From NCBI GenBank assembly GCA_021432655.1, contig MU271309.1, positions 62,001-97,875 of the forward strand: DNA of 35,875 nt, in the 5' to 3' direction. The notes below the pieces were generated by a model. The model worked only from the letters and a program-made list of their open reading frames with translations. It was not told the DNA's origin and did no database searches. Below, piece after piece: positions 10,430-21,308 of the stretch. The stretch's first letter is position 1. Every line of letters starts with the position of its first letter. This stretch comes from Atractiella rhizophila (lineage: Eukaryota). The position numbers were made by a program, and so were the translations under genes.

Positions 10430-12615
10430 AGACAGAATTTGGATAGCTTGCCTTCACACGAAAGGGTGGACGTCAGACCCACAATTCAGGAAAGTGATGT
10501 TCCTCTAAATGATCAGCAATACCCTGATACAACGACTGAGCCTACGTTCACACATATGCGTCCTAGCATTCCTCCTGAGCCACCTTCGTTCCCTCCATCG
10601 ACCTCGACTCAAACGGTCCCACCTCCTCGCCATTCCACGCGAAAAAGAATCCCGAATAAGCGTATCTTCAATGATGACTACGTGGTTGATCCGAAATACA
10701 AAGACATCTTGCGCCTTGCTTCAACCACCTGCGCTGAAAGAAGCGCTGTGTCTCCTGAGAGCTTGAAATTGGGCACTTGCATGGGGGCCAAGCACGTAGT
10801 GGTGGACGTCAGACCCATCCAACGTGAAAGTGCCTTCGCTTCGCATGATATGCACGTTGCTAACAGCAGTTCTCCCCTCGCGGTTCGGGTGGATGAGCTC
10901 TCAAAAAAGGACGTACAAGAAGCAATTCGCAAACGGCGCCAGACAACCCTCTTCGTCCAAACAACCTGCCTTCGACTCCGTGGACTACATGTTCTCAACG
11001 CGAGCGCTACAAGATCGTGGCTGGACCCTACGAGAGCCCCGTAGTCTCAAGGAGGCTCTAGAGAGCAATGAAGGTCCTGATTGGCTCCAGGCGTGTCGGA
11101 ACGAGTGGGAGAAACAGTTCCTAAACAAAACCATAGAGGGTGAGCCGATAGAGCTTCCTGAAGGAGAAACAGCTACACCTCTCACGTGGGCGTTCTGACA
11201 CAAATATGGTTAGAAAGCCTAAAAGCATGTATCTGCGTCAGGGGAGACCTTCAAACTCCTACTGGGGATCCAACTTTCGCTCCAGTAAGCAACGGTGAGA
11301 CGATTCGCGGAGTAGTTGCCCTTGCTGCTCGTGAAGACCTATCCATCTATCAAGCCGACTACGAAACTGCATTCCTTAACTCCCCAATAGACACCTCAAA
11401 GACCTGAATCTACATTCGTCAACCCCCTGGACTAGAGAAACCTGGAACAGAAGGGAACGTATACCTTCTAAAGAAAGGACTATATGGCCTGTTGGAATCA
11501 GCTCGTCAGTGGTTCGACACGCTCAAAGAAGACCTCCAAACGAAAGGTTGGACTCCCCTATGGTCCGACTCCTGTGTCTTCATGAAGAGGGTAGACGGCA
11601 AGCTCTACATCTTAGTCGTTTACGTTTACGACATGCTCTTATTGGGGAAGGATCGAGGAGTTGTCCAAAGACTTTAGTAGGAGCTAGGACCTCATTTGCG
11701 ATACGAACACTTGGGAAAGTTGGGAAATTTCTTGGAATGGAAGTTAAACGGGATTGGGAGAAGCGCACGATTAGCCTGACTTAAAGAGTCTACACGGCGA
11801 CAATTTTAGAGAAGCTTGGATTCACGAACAGCTACGCGAGTGTGCCTGCAAATCCAAAAGCGAAACTGGAGCCATTCGATGGCGTTTGGACTGAAGAAGA
11901 ACTCGCCAACAAGCCTCACTGGTCTTTCCTGGAGGCCACCGGATGCCTCAACTGGCTTTCAATTTGCACACGGCCAGATATAACGTATGCACTCTCAAAC
12001 GTCCAGCGATTTGCAGCCAACCCGGGTCCAAATCATTCTAAGGCAGTCAAACAAATCTTCCGTTACCTCAGCGCAACCTCGAATAAAGGTTTGCTATTTG
12101 ACGGCAACGATCGGAGACCCCTTCACGCATACGCTGACGCCTCCTTTACCTCTCTTCTTCTCTCTCTCAAGTCGCAAGAAGGTCGGCTCACCATGCTCTG
12201 TGGAGCACCCATCACTTTCAAATCAAAACCACACACAGTTGTCGCCCTTTCTTCTGGAGAAGCAGAATATGGCGCTGCCGCAAAGGCAACTGCAGACCTC
12301 TTGTGGACGAGAGGTCTTTTCGACGAACTAGGAGCCCTAGGAAGCGTCCATAACGTGTCTCCTGGAGAAGAGATCCCTCCAACGACTGTCTTCGAAGACG
12401 ATCAGGCGGCAATAAAGATCTCAACAAACGGCGTTCACCACGCGCAAAGCAAGCCCTTCCTGCTTTGCTATCATATGGTAAGAGACAATGTGCAAAAAGG
12501 CAACATCGTACTACGATACATACACACCAAGCACCAGATTGCCAACATTCTCACGAAACCTCTCTCAAAGGATGTCTTTCACCAATGCATATTCGCCATT
12601 GGAGTACGGGACATC
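10430..12615 (+). mobile_element. Ty1/copia pol fragment (linker, reverse transcriptase, RNase H), degenerate
   Basis: PRHSTR linker; EPRSLKEAL; TFAPV; QADYETAFLN; LKKGLYGL..SARQW; YVYD in place of YVDD; TRPDI; YADAS; VALSSGEAEY; QIANILTKPL. Stops and frameshifts; no gag, integrase or flanking LTRs seen. Confidence 0.95.
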
Positions 12616-12619
12616 GGAG

Positions 12620-12965
12620 AGCGCCTTACTTTCACCGAGGATCTAATTTTTTTCGACAAAACACTTGCATTGCAACTTGCAATAATATCTTGGAGAAGAC
12701 ATTCGAAAAATGCATTTGGCCACACACCTTGTTTGTCCATCCCATCATTTCTGCATGTTGTCGCATTTTCTGTTTTCTTACTTTCTTACTTGGTCTGCTC
12801 AGCATTGGGAGCGAAGTAGATTCTCATGTTTCACCTCTTTATTCTCAATCTGATACAGTACAATAGGAAACGCTTCGGTGTTGGGAACCTGCCTAAGACA
12901 GCTGAACAGTTTCTCGAACGGCATAAGTGTTCAAGCAACCCCTATTGCAATGGTTTGGGAATGCC
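12620..12965 (+). pseudogene. Alpha-kinase (eEF2K/MHCK-type) C-lobe fragment
   Basis: NAFGH resembles QAFSH. FGVGNLPKTAEQFLERHKCSSNPYCNGLGM (12871-12963) resembles the FGxGNLG..F..H-x-C..C..L zinc-binding tail of alpha-kinases. Confidence 0.65.
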
Positions 12966-13950
12966 GGATCGACTGGCGATTACATCAGTACCCTCCGTAA
13001 CCCCAGTTATCGATGATATTATTGACGATACTCCTGCAAACTTGCCACTATCCTCGCCTCCTCCCATTCCAAATCGAGTGACACAGGTCACGGTCGAGCC
13101 AACCAGTATGCCTGCTCTTGTTTGCTGTCTCTTACTAAAATACCAACCCTGAGCTGCAGTAGCCGAATTAGCCCGTAAGCATACAAGCCGCCATCACCTC
13201 ATCAATAGTACTCACTGAGGTTTTAGAATTCTATCCATCACTTACCAGATCATTCTTTCGCTCGGTGGAAGAAGGGCATGAAGGTTTCCCAATGCAAGCA
13301 CCCAGCCAGAGGGCCACAGCCCTTCGATATGCTCTGGAACAAGCGGAGTTCCCACCAGATGCCTCACACGACAACTGTGGACGGTGGTTTCAAGATCTTG
13401 TTGGCAGTCATCCCTGGAAGCTCGTACTGAGCAATTGGAGTGAAACCGGAAACATTGAATACCTTCTCTCCCTCCTCGCTAATTTCGCACGACTTGCCAA
13501 GATGGAGAGCGTCATATGCCCCCTCAAACCTGTGATGGAAGTCACACTTGCAGAGGTTGCTCGGCTCTGTAACGACCTCTGGTTTAGCTTGATCCCACGT
13601 CAGGTCTGTCGTTTGGTCCTTCATTTTCGATATTAAAGGTGATGAACATGTTTAAAGGCTACTACGGATGCTCCTGAAAACCACAAGCGTAAACTGGCTG
13701 ATATGTTGGAAGGGACAATCCCAACCAATGTTGACTTAAGTACTTGTGTTCTTCGCCTCCTATGTATCCGAGTTGATAGTGTTAGGTCAAGTTGATATTC
13801 CAGCGACCCTCAAATTGCTAAAACGTAATGACCTGCAGGTGCGTCTCTTCTTAGTACAACAAAGCCTCATACTAAATACGAGAGCAGAATATAACAAAAG
13901 CCAACCGCACAGCCGCAGTTGCTGCATCTCGTGCTGTATTCCTCCCAGCT
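12966..13950 (+). pseudogene. Intron-containing coding remnant of unknown function, possibly continuing the alpha-kinase gene
   Basis: Pro-rich linker in frame with the kinase tail, ORF 13265-13636 and GT..AG intron-like gaps; no motif recognised. Confidence 0.3.
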
Positions 13951-14460
13951 AACGTGAGCAATGAAGTCCTTATCTTCAATTTGGTCCAACACTATCACAA
14001 CTACGCTTGTTTGCACGGCATGGAGTGAGAATCTTTGTTATTTCTGCACAAAGTCGGACTCAATTTTGTTTCAGGTCATACGAAGGCATGTGGGTGCCCG
14101 CAAATAACACGGAGAGCAATTGAGCACGACTCTGATTGCTCTCCCTTTTAGTTTTCTTCATCTTTTGGCTTATACCCGTGCTCTGCTGCTCGCTTTTTCT
14201 CTGCTGCTAATCAAAGAGTTTTTTCAGTCCTTCTTGTAGCAGAGTGTACAATGCTTGGAAAGAAATCAAAATCCAATTCCAGATCCTTGAGTTCACATTA
14301 CACTCATTCTAGTTCCAAGCGAACTTCTCTTCCCGTCACCAAAGCATATGCTGCTGTTTCCGATGCTCTCCACACCTGCACACTGTGATTACGCGAGAAT
14401 ATCTATATTATTGCATTCTATGTTCAATTATCCAATTGTAAATACTATCAAACTCTGGAA

Positions 14461-15500
14461 TCACATGGTGAACAACAAATCTGTGTCGATTGGATGACAA
14501 GCCAAAAGCTGAGGTTTCTGACTATACTTCTCCTTGAGTTCCTCCCTGATCGTTTTGAGCAATTGCAAGTAGCTTTGTTGGGGATACTTGGTCAAACTGC
14601 ATGAATGCGTAACTGTTGCCCCGTTGACGTCGTGAGAAAGAACGAGCTGTGCGAACGCGAACCTCATAAATCCAGTAGCCTCTCCTTGAACCTGGTATCC
14701 GCGCTCGTCTGATCGTCCCCGCAACCGCTGAACATGATAACCTTTCACACCTGTCAACCACAGCTTTCGTTTAGGGGGGGGACATACCTCAGCAGGAGAA
14801 GTATTGTTTTTGATCGTTGCCTCGTGCGCCGTATCCGCCTTCTCTGCCATCTGGGTAATCTGCTTCGTAGTCTCTAAAGACCTCTCCGTCACCAGCAAGA
14901 TAGCTCTTTAGAGCCTCCATGGCTCCACCTCCTGTTTGATCGAGGACACGACCGTAGGGTTTTTTGATCTTGCCCTCAGTAGAATACATATACAGCAGGT
15001 CGAGGCAGAACCAGAGTGACAGCAGTCGAAGAGCCTGCTAGAATCTTAATCAGGTTGGCCTGGGAACGTATTTAGGACGATGCATACGCAGTAAGACGAC
15101 ATCCAGCAGGAAGTAGTCTAACGAGCAGGTCGTGAATCATGTCGTCGACGATTGCCCCTCTTCGATGGAGTCAACAGGACAAATGGTCTCATCAGCACCT
15201 GAGACCAGAATCGTGAGGCTACGGTCTATCACGTTAGAATGAGATGAGAACGAACCATCCTGCTAGTCACCGTCCCCTGCGCCACCACCCTGGCCGAGAA
15301 CTTGAGCTCCATGCCTGGAATAATGAAATACCAGACTGTCGTTCCGCTGAGCATCTTGTACCGACCACCTAGCAGCACATTAACTGAATGCTCAGGGGTG
15401 TCCAGAACATGTTTCATAGCTAGGATAATACTTCTTTCAGTAGGTCGAAAATTTCCTTCGTCCATGGTTTATCCAGGAGTACCAAAATGTCATCGTCTTT
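14461..15500 (-). pseudogene. Fragmented ORFs of unknown function
   Basis: Consecutive minus-strand ORFs 15229-15465, 14789-14989 and 14461-14898 with protein-like composition; no family recognised. Confidence 0.25.
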
Positions 15501-16189
15501 CAAATCGTAGCCATATATCAAAAATCTAATCCCTCCAGAGTTAGACATCGTCTGATGCCCCAAATTGACCAACCTTTTCATGTTTCGGCATCATTCCAAC
15601 TTCCGCGCAACTCAGCCTTTGTTCCCACATAGTCAATGCCAGCGCAAACTCCCTGGTAACTCCTTCACCGTCTATCCCAATCAACCCATTGCTCATTGAT
15701 CCAGGTCCACTACTTCTCACTTCCTCTTCTTCAATCTCGACGACGATCTGTTCGGCGCGGCACATCGCTTCCTCCGTCGCTAGTTACAGATGGCGGTAAG
15801 TAGCTCCCATTCATCATTCTCAGTCGATGTGATGGGAGTGACGGCAGACGGCGGAGGCGAGGAGATTGTCGTAAGTTTTGAGGTCGATGGATAGCTTTAG
15901 AGTGGTGCTGGCTGAGAGGGCAGAGGCAAGGCAAGTGAAAAGCTGGTGAAAACCCCGGCTGAATCTTCGGTTGAGCAGTGGCCGTCAGATCAGCATAGCC
16001 CTATGTCCCTCCATAATGGACAGTGTGAGAGTGAGAAGTGAGGGCAGAGAGAAAACTACTTACAAACAGACCACAGTGGATAAGGAGATTGATCCAAGAG
16101 GGCGTTGTAAGTGCTTAACTTTGTATGAGCATTTACTAAGCCATTCCTGAACACCTCCGGAATAGTAGGACACATCTCTCCTCCAAACA

Positions 16190-16651
16190 AACGACAAGGC
16201 CAGCACTTTCTTACACAGCAAAACTCATGCAGAAGGCCAATCAGCGAATCAAAGCAGTCTAGAAGGATGAGAACAAGCAACCCAATATCTGGTTTAGCCT
16301 TCCTCTGCAGGACTAGCCAACGGATCTCTTAGAGGTTTACCGAGCGAGGTCCAAGACTGACTTGAAAGAGTGGTCCCAAATGGCAAGGGATATTCTTTCT
16401 ATTCCTGGTTTGACTTTTACTATTATCTATTCTGGGTTTCAAGCTGACCAGCATGATTGCACAAAGGATGCTCTGTTGCTGTTGAGCATGTGTTCAGCAG
16501 AGCGCGTGACACGATCGGCATCTGTCGTGCATGCCTTAAACCTGACACCATCCAAGCTCTCATGGTTCTTAAGGCTCAGTTGAAGTTGGAGAGAGATGAG
16601 AAGACGAGGGAACTGAAGGTAGCCCTGGCTGACACTGCTCTAGCTCAATAA
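16190..16651 (+). pseudogene. hAT transposase C-terminal remnant related to the element at 370-1433
   Basis: LKEWSQMARDILSIP, intron 16408-16466 (same position and 59-nt length as 916-974), then GCSVAVEHVFSRARDTIGICRACLKPDTIQALMVLKAQL. Confidence 0.88.
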
Positions 16652-16810
16652 GGCATAAGTCTTGGATCTGGTCTTCAGAAGGTGCAGCGATTCCGTAAAC
16701 TGTTTGCAGAAGATGTGTACAATCGTCATTGAGCTGGTCATAGTGTCTTCGAAACAGCTGTAATGGTTCGCTTGCAACTCCAAAGACCAAAGACAAAAAG
16801 AGAATGAATT
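16632..16810 (-). pseudogene. Second Helitron RepHel fragment
   Basis: FGVASEPLQLFRRHYDQLNDDCTHLLQTVYGIAAPSEDQIQDLCLIELE aligns by eye to FGVASEPRRLWDSHHEQLSDDCKHLLRTKYGVHDPTNEQIISLCLLEIE in ORF 6883-7998. Confidence 0.85.
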
Positions 16811-17019
16811 GCTGATCCTCGTTTGGTTGCATTTCCATCTTCCAGACACAAGTCACCTTCTTGTTCCCGAATGTTCTAGAATAATGTCTCTACAAGTATA
16901 TAAAGGCTCAAAAAGGCGAAACAAGAATCATTGCAGTTTCCACAATTACAACACTGTATCTTTCCTCCTGCATTGCATTATCTGTTTTCGTTTCCGTTCG
17001 TTGTGCTACGGTAGCGTAC

Positions 17020-17201
17020 GGAGTGGGAGTGTTGAAGTTATTATGTTTCCGACTTTCACTTTCTTTTTGTTCGCATGAGTTGGCTATCGCATCCTGTATC
17101 AGTTCCGCCCGCTCCCGTAGTTTAGTCTGTTTTCAGCTACCTGAGGTTCATCTAGATATCTTTTCTTTGTTCTGTCACTCTGATGAACCTCAGGTTCAAC
17201 A
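17020..17201 (+). mobile_element. Polypurine tract plus 3' LTR of a probable copia-type retrotransposon (LTR 17030-17201)
   Basis: GGAGTGGGAG directly precedes TGTTGAA; the segment ends TTCAACA (7-bp perfect inverted ends) and has an internal 14-bp inverted repeat. Confidence 0.7.
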
Positions 17202-18191
17202 TATCTCTGTTTTCATTTCAATTTGAAGCCTTGCTCTTACATTGAGGTCTTGTCCGATCTTGATTTTGATTTATTGGTTTATATGCCCCTCCCCCCCTTT
17301 AGTCATCGCGACGTCAGTCATCCCTTCATCGCTATTGGGTACTGCATTTGGTTTCGTTAGGGGAAGTGATGTTGACTTTTGGTGATGTAGTTTACATTGG
17401 GTTCCCAGAGCTACGTTGACTACAGTCTGACAGCTCTTTAATATGACTACAATGACAATAACAAAAAACTTATAACAAAACGGAATGTACTTTTCTGCTT
17501 GGAGTGGTGCCTTTCTGCGTTCAAATAAGACATGAAAGGGGAGGGAAACATATTTGTTGACGCGCATATCAACTTCACAGCATCTGAGGCGTCATTTCGC
17601 CGCCTATCCAACCATCAGCTCCGCTCCTAAGTGTAGACAACAAACGATTTACCCTCGCTCTCTCTGTGCATATCTATCAGAATTTCGGCTGTTCTCTTGA
17701 CGATGTCTCCATCGGGCAAAGAAGCTGTATTGGCAGGGTCGAGGAAGAAGTCTCGAAGGTTTTCCCACGTTAGCAGTTGTACGTGACCACCTGGGTTGGA
17801 TGGATAGACGTATATGCCTTCGTGGGAGAAAGACAGGGGAGAAGGTTCTGTTTCTACATATGGAAAAGAAACTCAGCTTTTTGAGGAGGTGGGACGGAAA
17901 AGGCTCGCGAGAAAACAAGCTCATGAGTTTTCAGTGGCTGGAAATGCCTTTGGTGGTTGATCTTGCTGATTGCGATGTTTTGAGAGGCAATAGCTCGAGT
18001 AAGAGCCTGTTTATATGCAGTGTCGCTCGTTGAGCTCGTCTACAGTTCGTACGGGAGCTACGCGTGAGCGAATCACAGACAACGTCAGCTGACAGGTACA
18101 CCGCAGCAAACAAACCTCTAAACCTCTCAATGAAGAGAGCCTGAGTTGGGCTCATTACGTTGAATATGATAACCCCAAAGCATTAGTCTGT

Positions 18192-18223
18192 AAGTGTAAG
18201 ATGCCAGAAGTGTAAGATGCCAG
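18192..18223 (+). repeat. Tandem repeat, 16 bp x2 (AAGTGTAAGATGCCAG)
   Basis: Two exact copies read directly. Confidence 0.85.
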
Positions 18224-18569
18224 GGTGAGCTCACGCTGCATATCAACAACGGAGTGTGCAGACAAGTACAGAAGCAAAATTATTAAAGCGAAAATGCACA
18301 CATACGCAAGAACAAACGTTGGGCGCCAAACGGCGCCGTCGTTCCTCAGGCATCCCCCTGACGCCTGAAAGGAATTTTTTGCCCCTTGAACTGAACCACA
18401 GCGCGACTGTAGGGAGCGAGAGCTCGCCTATGGCGAGCACTATGAAACAAAATAGAGAAGATATCAACATGGTGAATGTGTGAGCCTTACATGATAAAAT
18501 GTATACTCTGACCAAGAGTCGAACCCCGTGAGCGGATTGCGTCGGGATCTGCCTCGGAGATGAACAGAC

Positions 18570-18681
18570 CAGGGGTCGGAGTCAGTCGGAGTTAAAACTG
18601 GTCGACCAGTTTTAGTTTTGCACTTCACAAACTGGTCGACCAGTTTTGGACCAGTTTTAACCCCGACGATCTCCTACCCTG
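18570..18681. repeat. Fold-back / MITE-like element with nested palindromes
   Basis: Perfect 22-bp palindrome TAAAACTGGTCGACCAGTTTTA (18593-18614) and an 18-bp copy (18629-18646). Outer imperfect inverted ends CAGGGGTCGGAG / CTCCTACCCTG. Confidence 0.7.
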
Positions 18682-18690
18682 ACGCGAATC

Positions 18691-19628
18691 ATGTTTGACG
18701 TTTGCTCAGCAGACACCTCAGCTGAACTCTCCAAACTTGCAGCCTCAGGCTCCCTTCAACCCCCTCGCAAGTTCATTCCTGTCACCCATCTCGACTTCTA
18801 TGGTGGCGACTTGGAAGCGGTCAATCCTGTAATCGTCTGTGATGGGATGCACACGTTTGGGTTGGAAGAGAAAGAGCCAGAGCAAGTGACTGGCACTAGG
18901 AAGAGGAAGAGGAGCACTGCAACTGTGCGACAATCAAACACTCAGAAGTGGCGCAATAGCGTGAAGGACTATGGAGATAATACGAGGATGGTGAGAGGAT
19001 TCAGAAAGATCGCTCCTTTTATTGACCATGACGCGCCGACCGAAGCTAGGCGTGTCAGCTCTTTGTTCCCTTCACATGTGACTAACTTTTGTTCACAGGC
19101 TGCATTCCACTTCTCTGAATCCCGACGCCCAGATGTACGCCTTTTCTTCCGTTCGTTCATTGGAAAGGCTAAGCACTCACACCCTTAATAGTGGAAATCC
19201 ACGCAAGAAGCGATGCGTGGTCAATGATCGTACCGATGTCCCAACCGATGACTCATTACAAAGTTCGTCTCTGCTACCCCTTGATAGCAATTTGCAGCTG
19301 ATTTTTATATATGTGGGAAAGTGAATCATTCCAATCGTGGAGATGACAGCAAAGAGCTTACTCGGTCCCTTGTATCCTCGATCGCGATCAAGCGGCAGCA
19401 GAACACGTTCGTCTTTATCCACACATGGCCACCAGATACTTATTTACAAATCTTTTCGGAAACAGATTGGCCGCTCGCCGATCGTGTGCCAAGAAACAGG
19501 AACATATCAGGTTGCTCGAGCAGGAGGTGAACAAGTTGATGCACGAGAGGGACACGTGGAAGCAGAAAGCTGAGATGTCCGAGGAGGAGTTACAGTGCGC
19601 CACTGGTGCAGACGCGCTCGGAGGGTGA
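18691..19628 (+). pseudogene. GCN4/CPC1-like bZIP transcription factor paralog, probably degenerate
   Basis: Splicing intron 19407-19465 gives IAIKRQQNTLAARRSCAKKQEHIRLLEQEVNKLMHERDTWKQKA (compare GCN4 KRARNTEAARRSRARK). The invariant N-x7-R arginine is TGT (Cys) at 19485-19487. Upstream exon has GFRK..DAPT. Confidence 0.8.
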
Positions 19629-20432
19629 AGCAACAGCTATATGGGATTTTTTTCCTTATGGCGCGAGGACGCCATTTTGTCTTGTGAAGGACTTGGAGAA
19701 AGAATGGCTGTTTAACGAGCGTTTGTGTTGGTGGTGGGATTTTAGTGTAATAAGATGTACAACCCTCATCATTAGCCCAGTGCTCAATCCAAAGTGGGAG
19801 TGTGGTGCAGTCCCTCACCACTGCAACCAGATGCCTTCCCTTGCCGGATGCCTTCCACAACAAACCAACTTGAAACCTCATCCTGATCCCATTCGCTGTT
19901 ACGTCAACCCGTGTCAGAAATTCACAAGCAGCCATGTCCCCTCCCACCAACGATGATTCAGTTGGCGGTCTCGTCCGACACTCCTTAACGTTCTGGCATT
20001 TGACTGAATCTGTCCTTCGAGATGACGAGTAGAAACAGATAGAGGATGTTGATTCCAAGGGTCTAAAGGAATGCATTACAACGAAGTTATAATTGGTTTT
20101 TTATATCTTGAGGAACTTGGCAAAACAAGAGAAACGGCAAAGGGGAAAGAAAACTAGAGCCACAAATGACAGTGGCACGAATGCAGCTTAAAACGGTGCC
20201 AAACTCTGACAGAGGATGGTACAATCGATTTCATGGTGCGGAAGTGAAAGAGACAAATTGCAGATAGCAGTGGAGAAAGAGAGTTTTTCGTACTCCTCGG
20301 AGACACCGATCCTCATCTCCTCCGCTCAACTCTCCATCCGGCCCTCTCCGTCAAACTCCATACCATTCCACAACGCCAGTGAACAGCTCAGCATCGTTTT
20401 CTTTTCACTCGCCGCCTTTTAGACGTCCATGG

Positions 20433-20675
20433 TGACAAATGTATTAGCGCTGCGAAGTGCGAGATAACAATGAGTATATGTTGCATTTAGTATGTAAGGA
20501 AACTACATTACCTGCGAAGTGCGAGATAACAATGAGTATAAGTCTCGCACTTGCAGGTTTACAAGCTTTTATAACAGAGAGATACCTGTGGCAAAAGATT
20601 GGCCACAGTTCCAGAAAGTGCTCGAAGGAAACTAAACGCGCAAGTGGCGAAAGGAGGAGGCGCACGATTCTGTCA
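20433..20675 (-). mobile_element. Solo LTR, family A, copy 2 (243 bp)
   Basis: TGACA...TGTCA ends; perfect 5-bp TSD CATGG at 20428-20432 and 20676-20680; internal 29-bp direct repeat and a hairpin. Confidence 0.92.
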
Positions 20676-21111
20676 CATGGCCCCATCAAACTGCAGCTAC
20701 TATTGGATTTGCCACCTCAGGCCACCAACGCACTTGCAATGGGACGCTAATTCCGACCGCTCATTAGAGCAGGGTTCAAGTCCAGGGGCAAATGCAATTT
20801 TTTCACCTCCTCAGAATAAAATTTCACCGCAGGCTCTGAAAGGGGCACACATGTGCAATAAGATGGTGTAATTCATTTCGTTCTAAAGTTGATAGTGAGG
20901 GAGCATTGAGCGTTCAAAAGTGCATCTTATGACTAGCGTTTTTAGAGGAAAGGCTTCATTTAGGATCAGAAAGAATGCCCAATCTGTAATGCCTTTGTCA
21001 CGAAAGGCCATCTCTTCAAGCACCAACGATTCAATTACCGCTGCCGGTGGAGCACGAGTAGATCTGACGGGTACGTTCGCTGCTTTGCTAAGCCATGTTG
21101 CTCCGCTAAAC

Positions 21112-21127
21112 TAGGCTTGGTATGTGG
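21112..21127 (+). mobile_element. Displaced hAT TIR (5' end of the element at 21393-30454)
   Basis: TAGGCTTGGTATGTGG versus TAGGCTTGGTACATGG at 21393. It is preceded by CGCTAAAC, the reverse complement of GTTTAGCG that precedes the other TIR. Confidence 0.85.
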
Positions 21128-21132
21128 TTTTG

Positions 21133-21308
21133 TGTGAGACTCTACTGCAAAAAGCGAGTTCCTTTAGCTCGACTAGAGCGAGAACTAAGAGGCTCAATCA
21201 ATAAATGAGAGCTTAAACGAGAAGGAGAGACAGGAACCAGCTTATGCTAGCCACATTGAAGTGTAGGGCCGCTTATCAAGCTATCCGGGTTGACCATTGT
21301 ATCTCACA
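21133..21308 (-). mobile_element. LTR-like element, family B, short copy (176 bp)
   Basis: TGTGAGA...TCTCACA ends; reverse-complement match to 30460-30482 and 30974-31106. Confidence 0.85.

Noticed and set aside
10465..10830. Direct repeat GGTGGACGTCAGACCCA near 10465 and 10801 as LTR ends
   Set aside because: Short in-frame VDVRP duplication in the copia linker, with no TG..CA boundaries.
11842..12819. 325-aa ORF as an intact gene
   Set aside because: It is the copia RT/RNase H tail reading through into unrelated sequence; upstream pol has stops and YVDD is mutated.
17030..17579. Longer LTR ending at AACTTCACA (17579)
   Set aside because: Imperfect end match; TTCAACA at 17201 gives a perfect 7-bp inverted terminus.
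18189..18491. TGTAAG...CTTACA segment as a solo LTR
   Set aside because: No matching TSD for any of the three possible starts and no second copy in the window.
20707..20794. tRNA gene
   Set aside because: B-box and an acceptor-like pairing only; weak T-stem, no A-box, D arm or anticodon arm.
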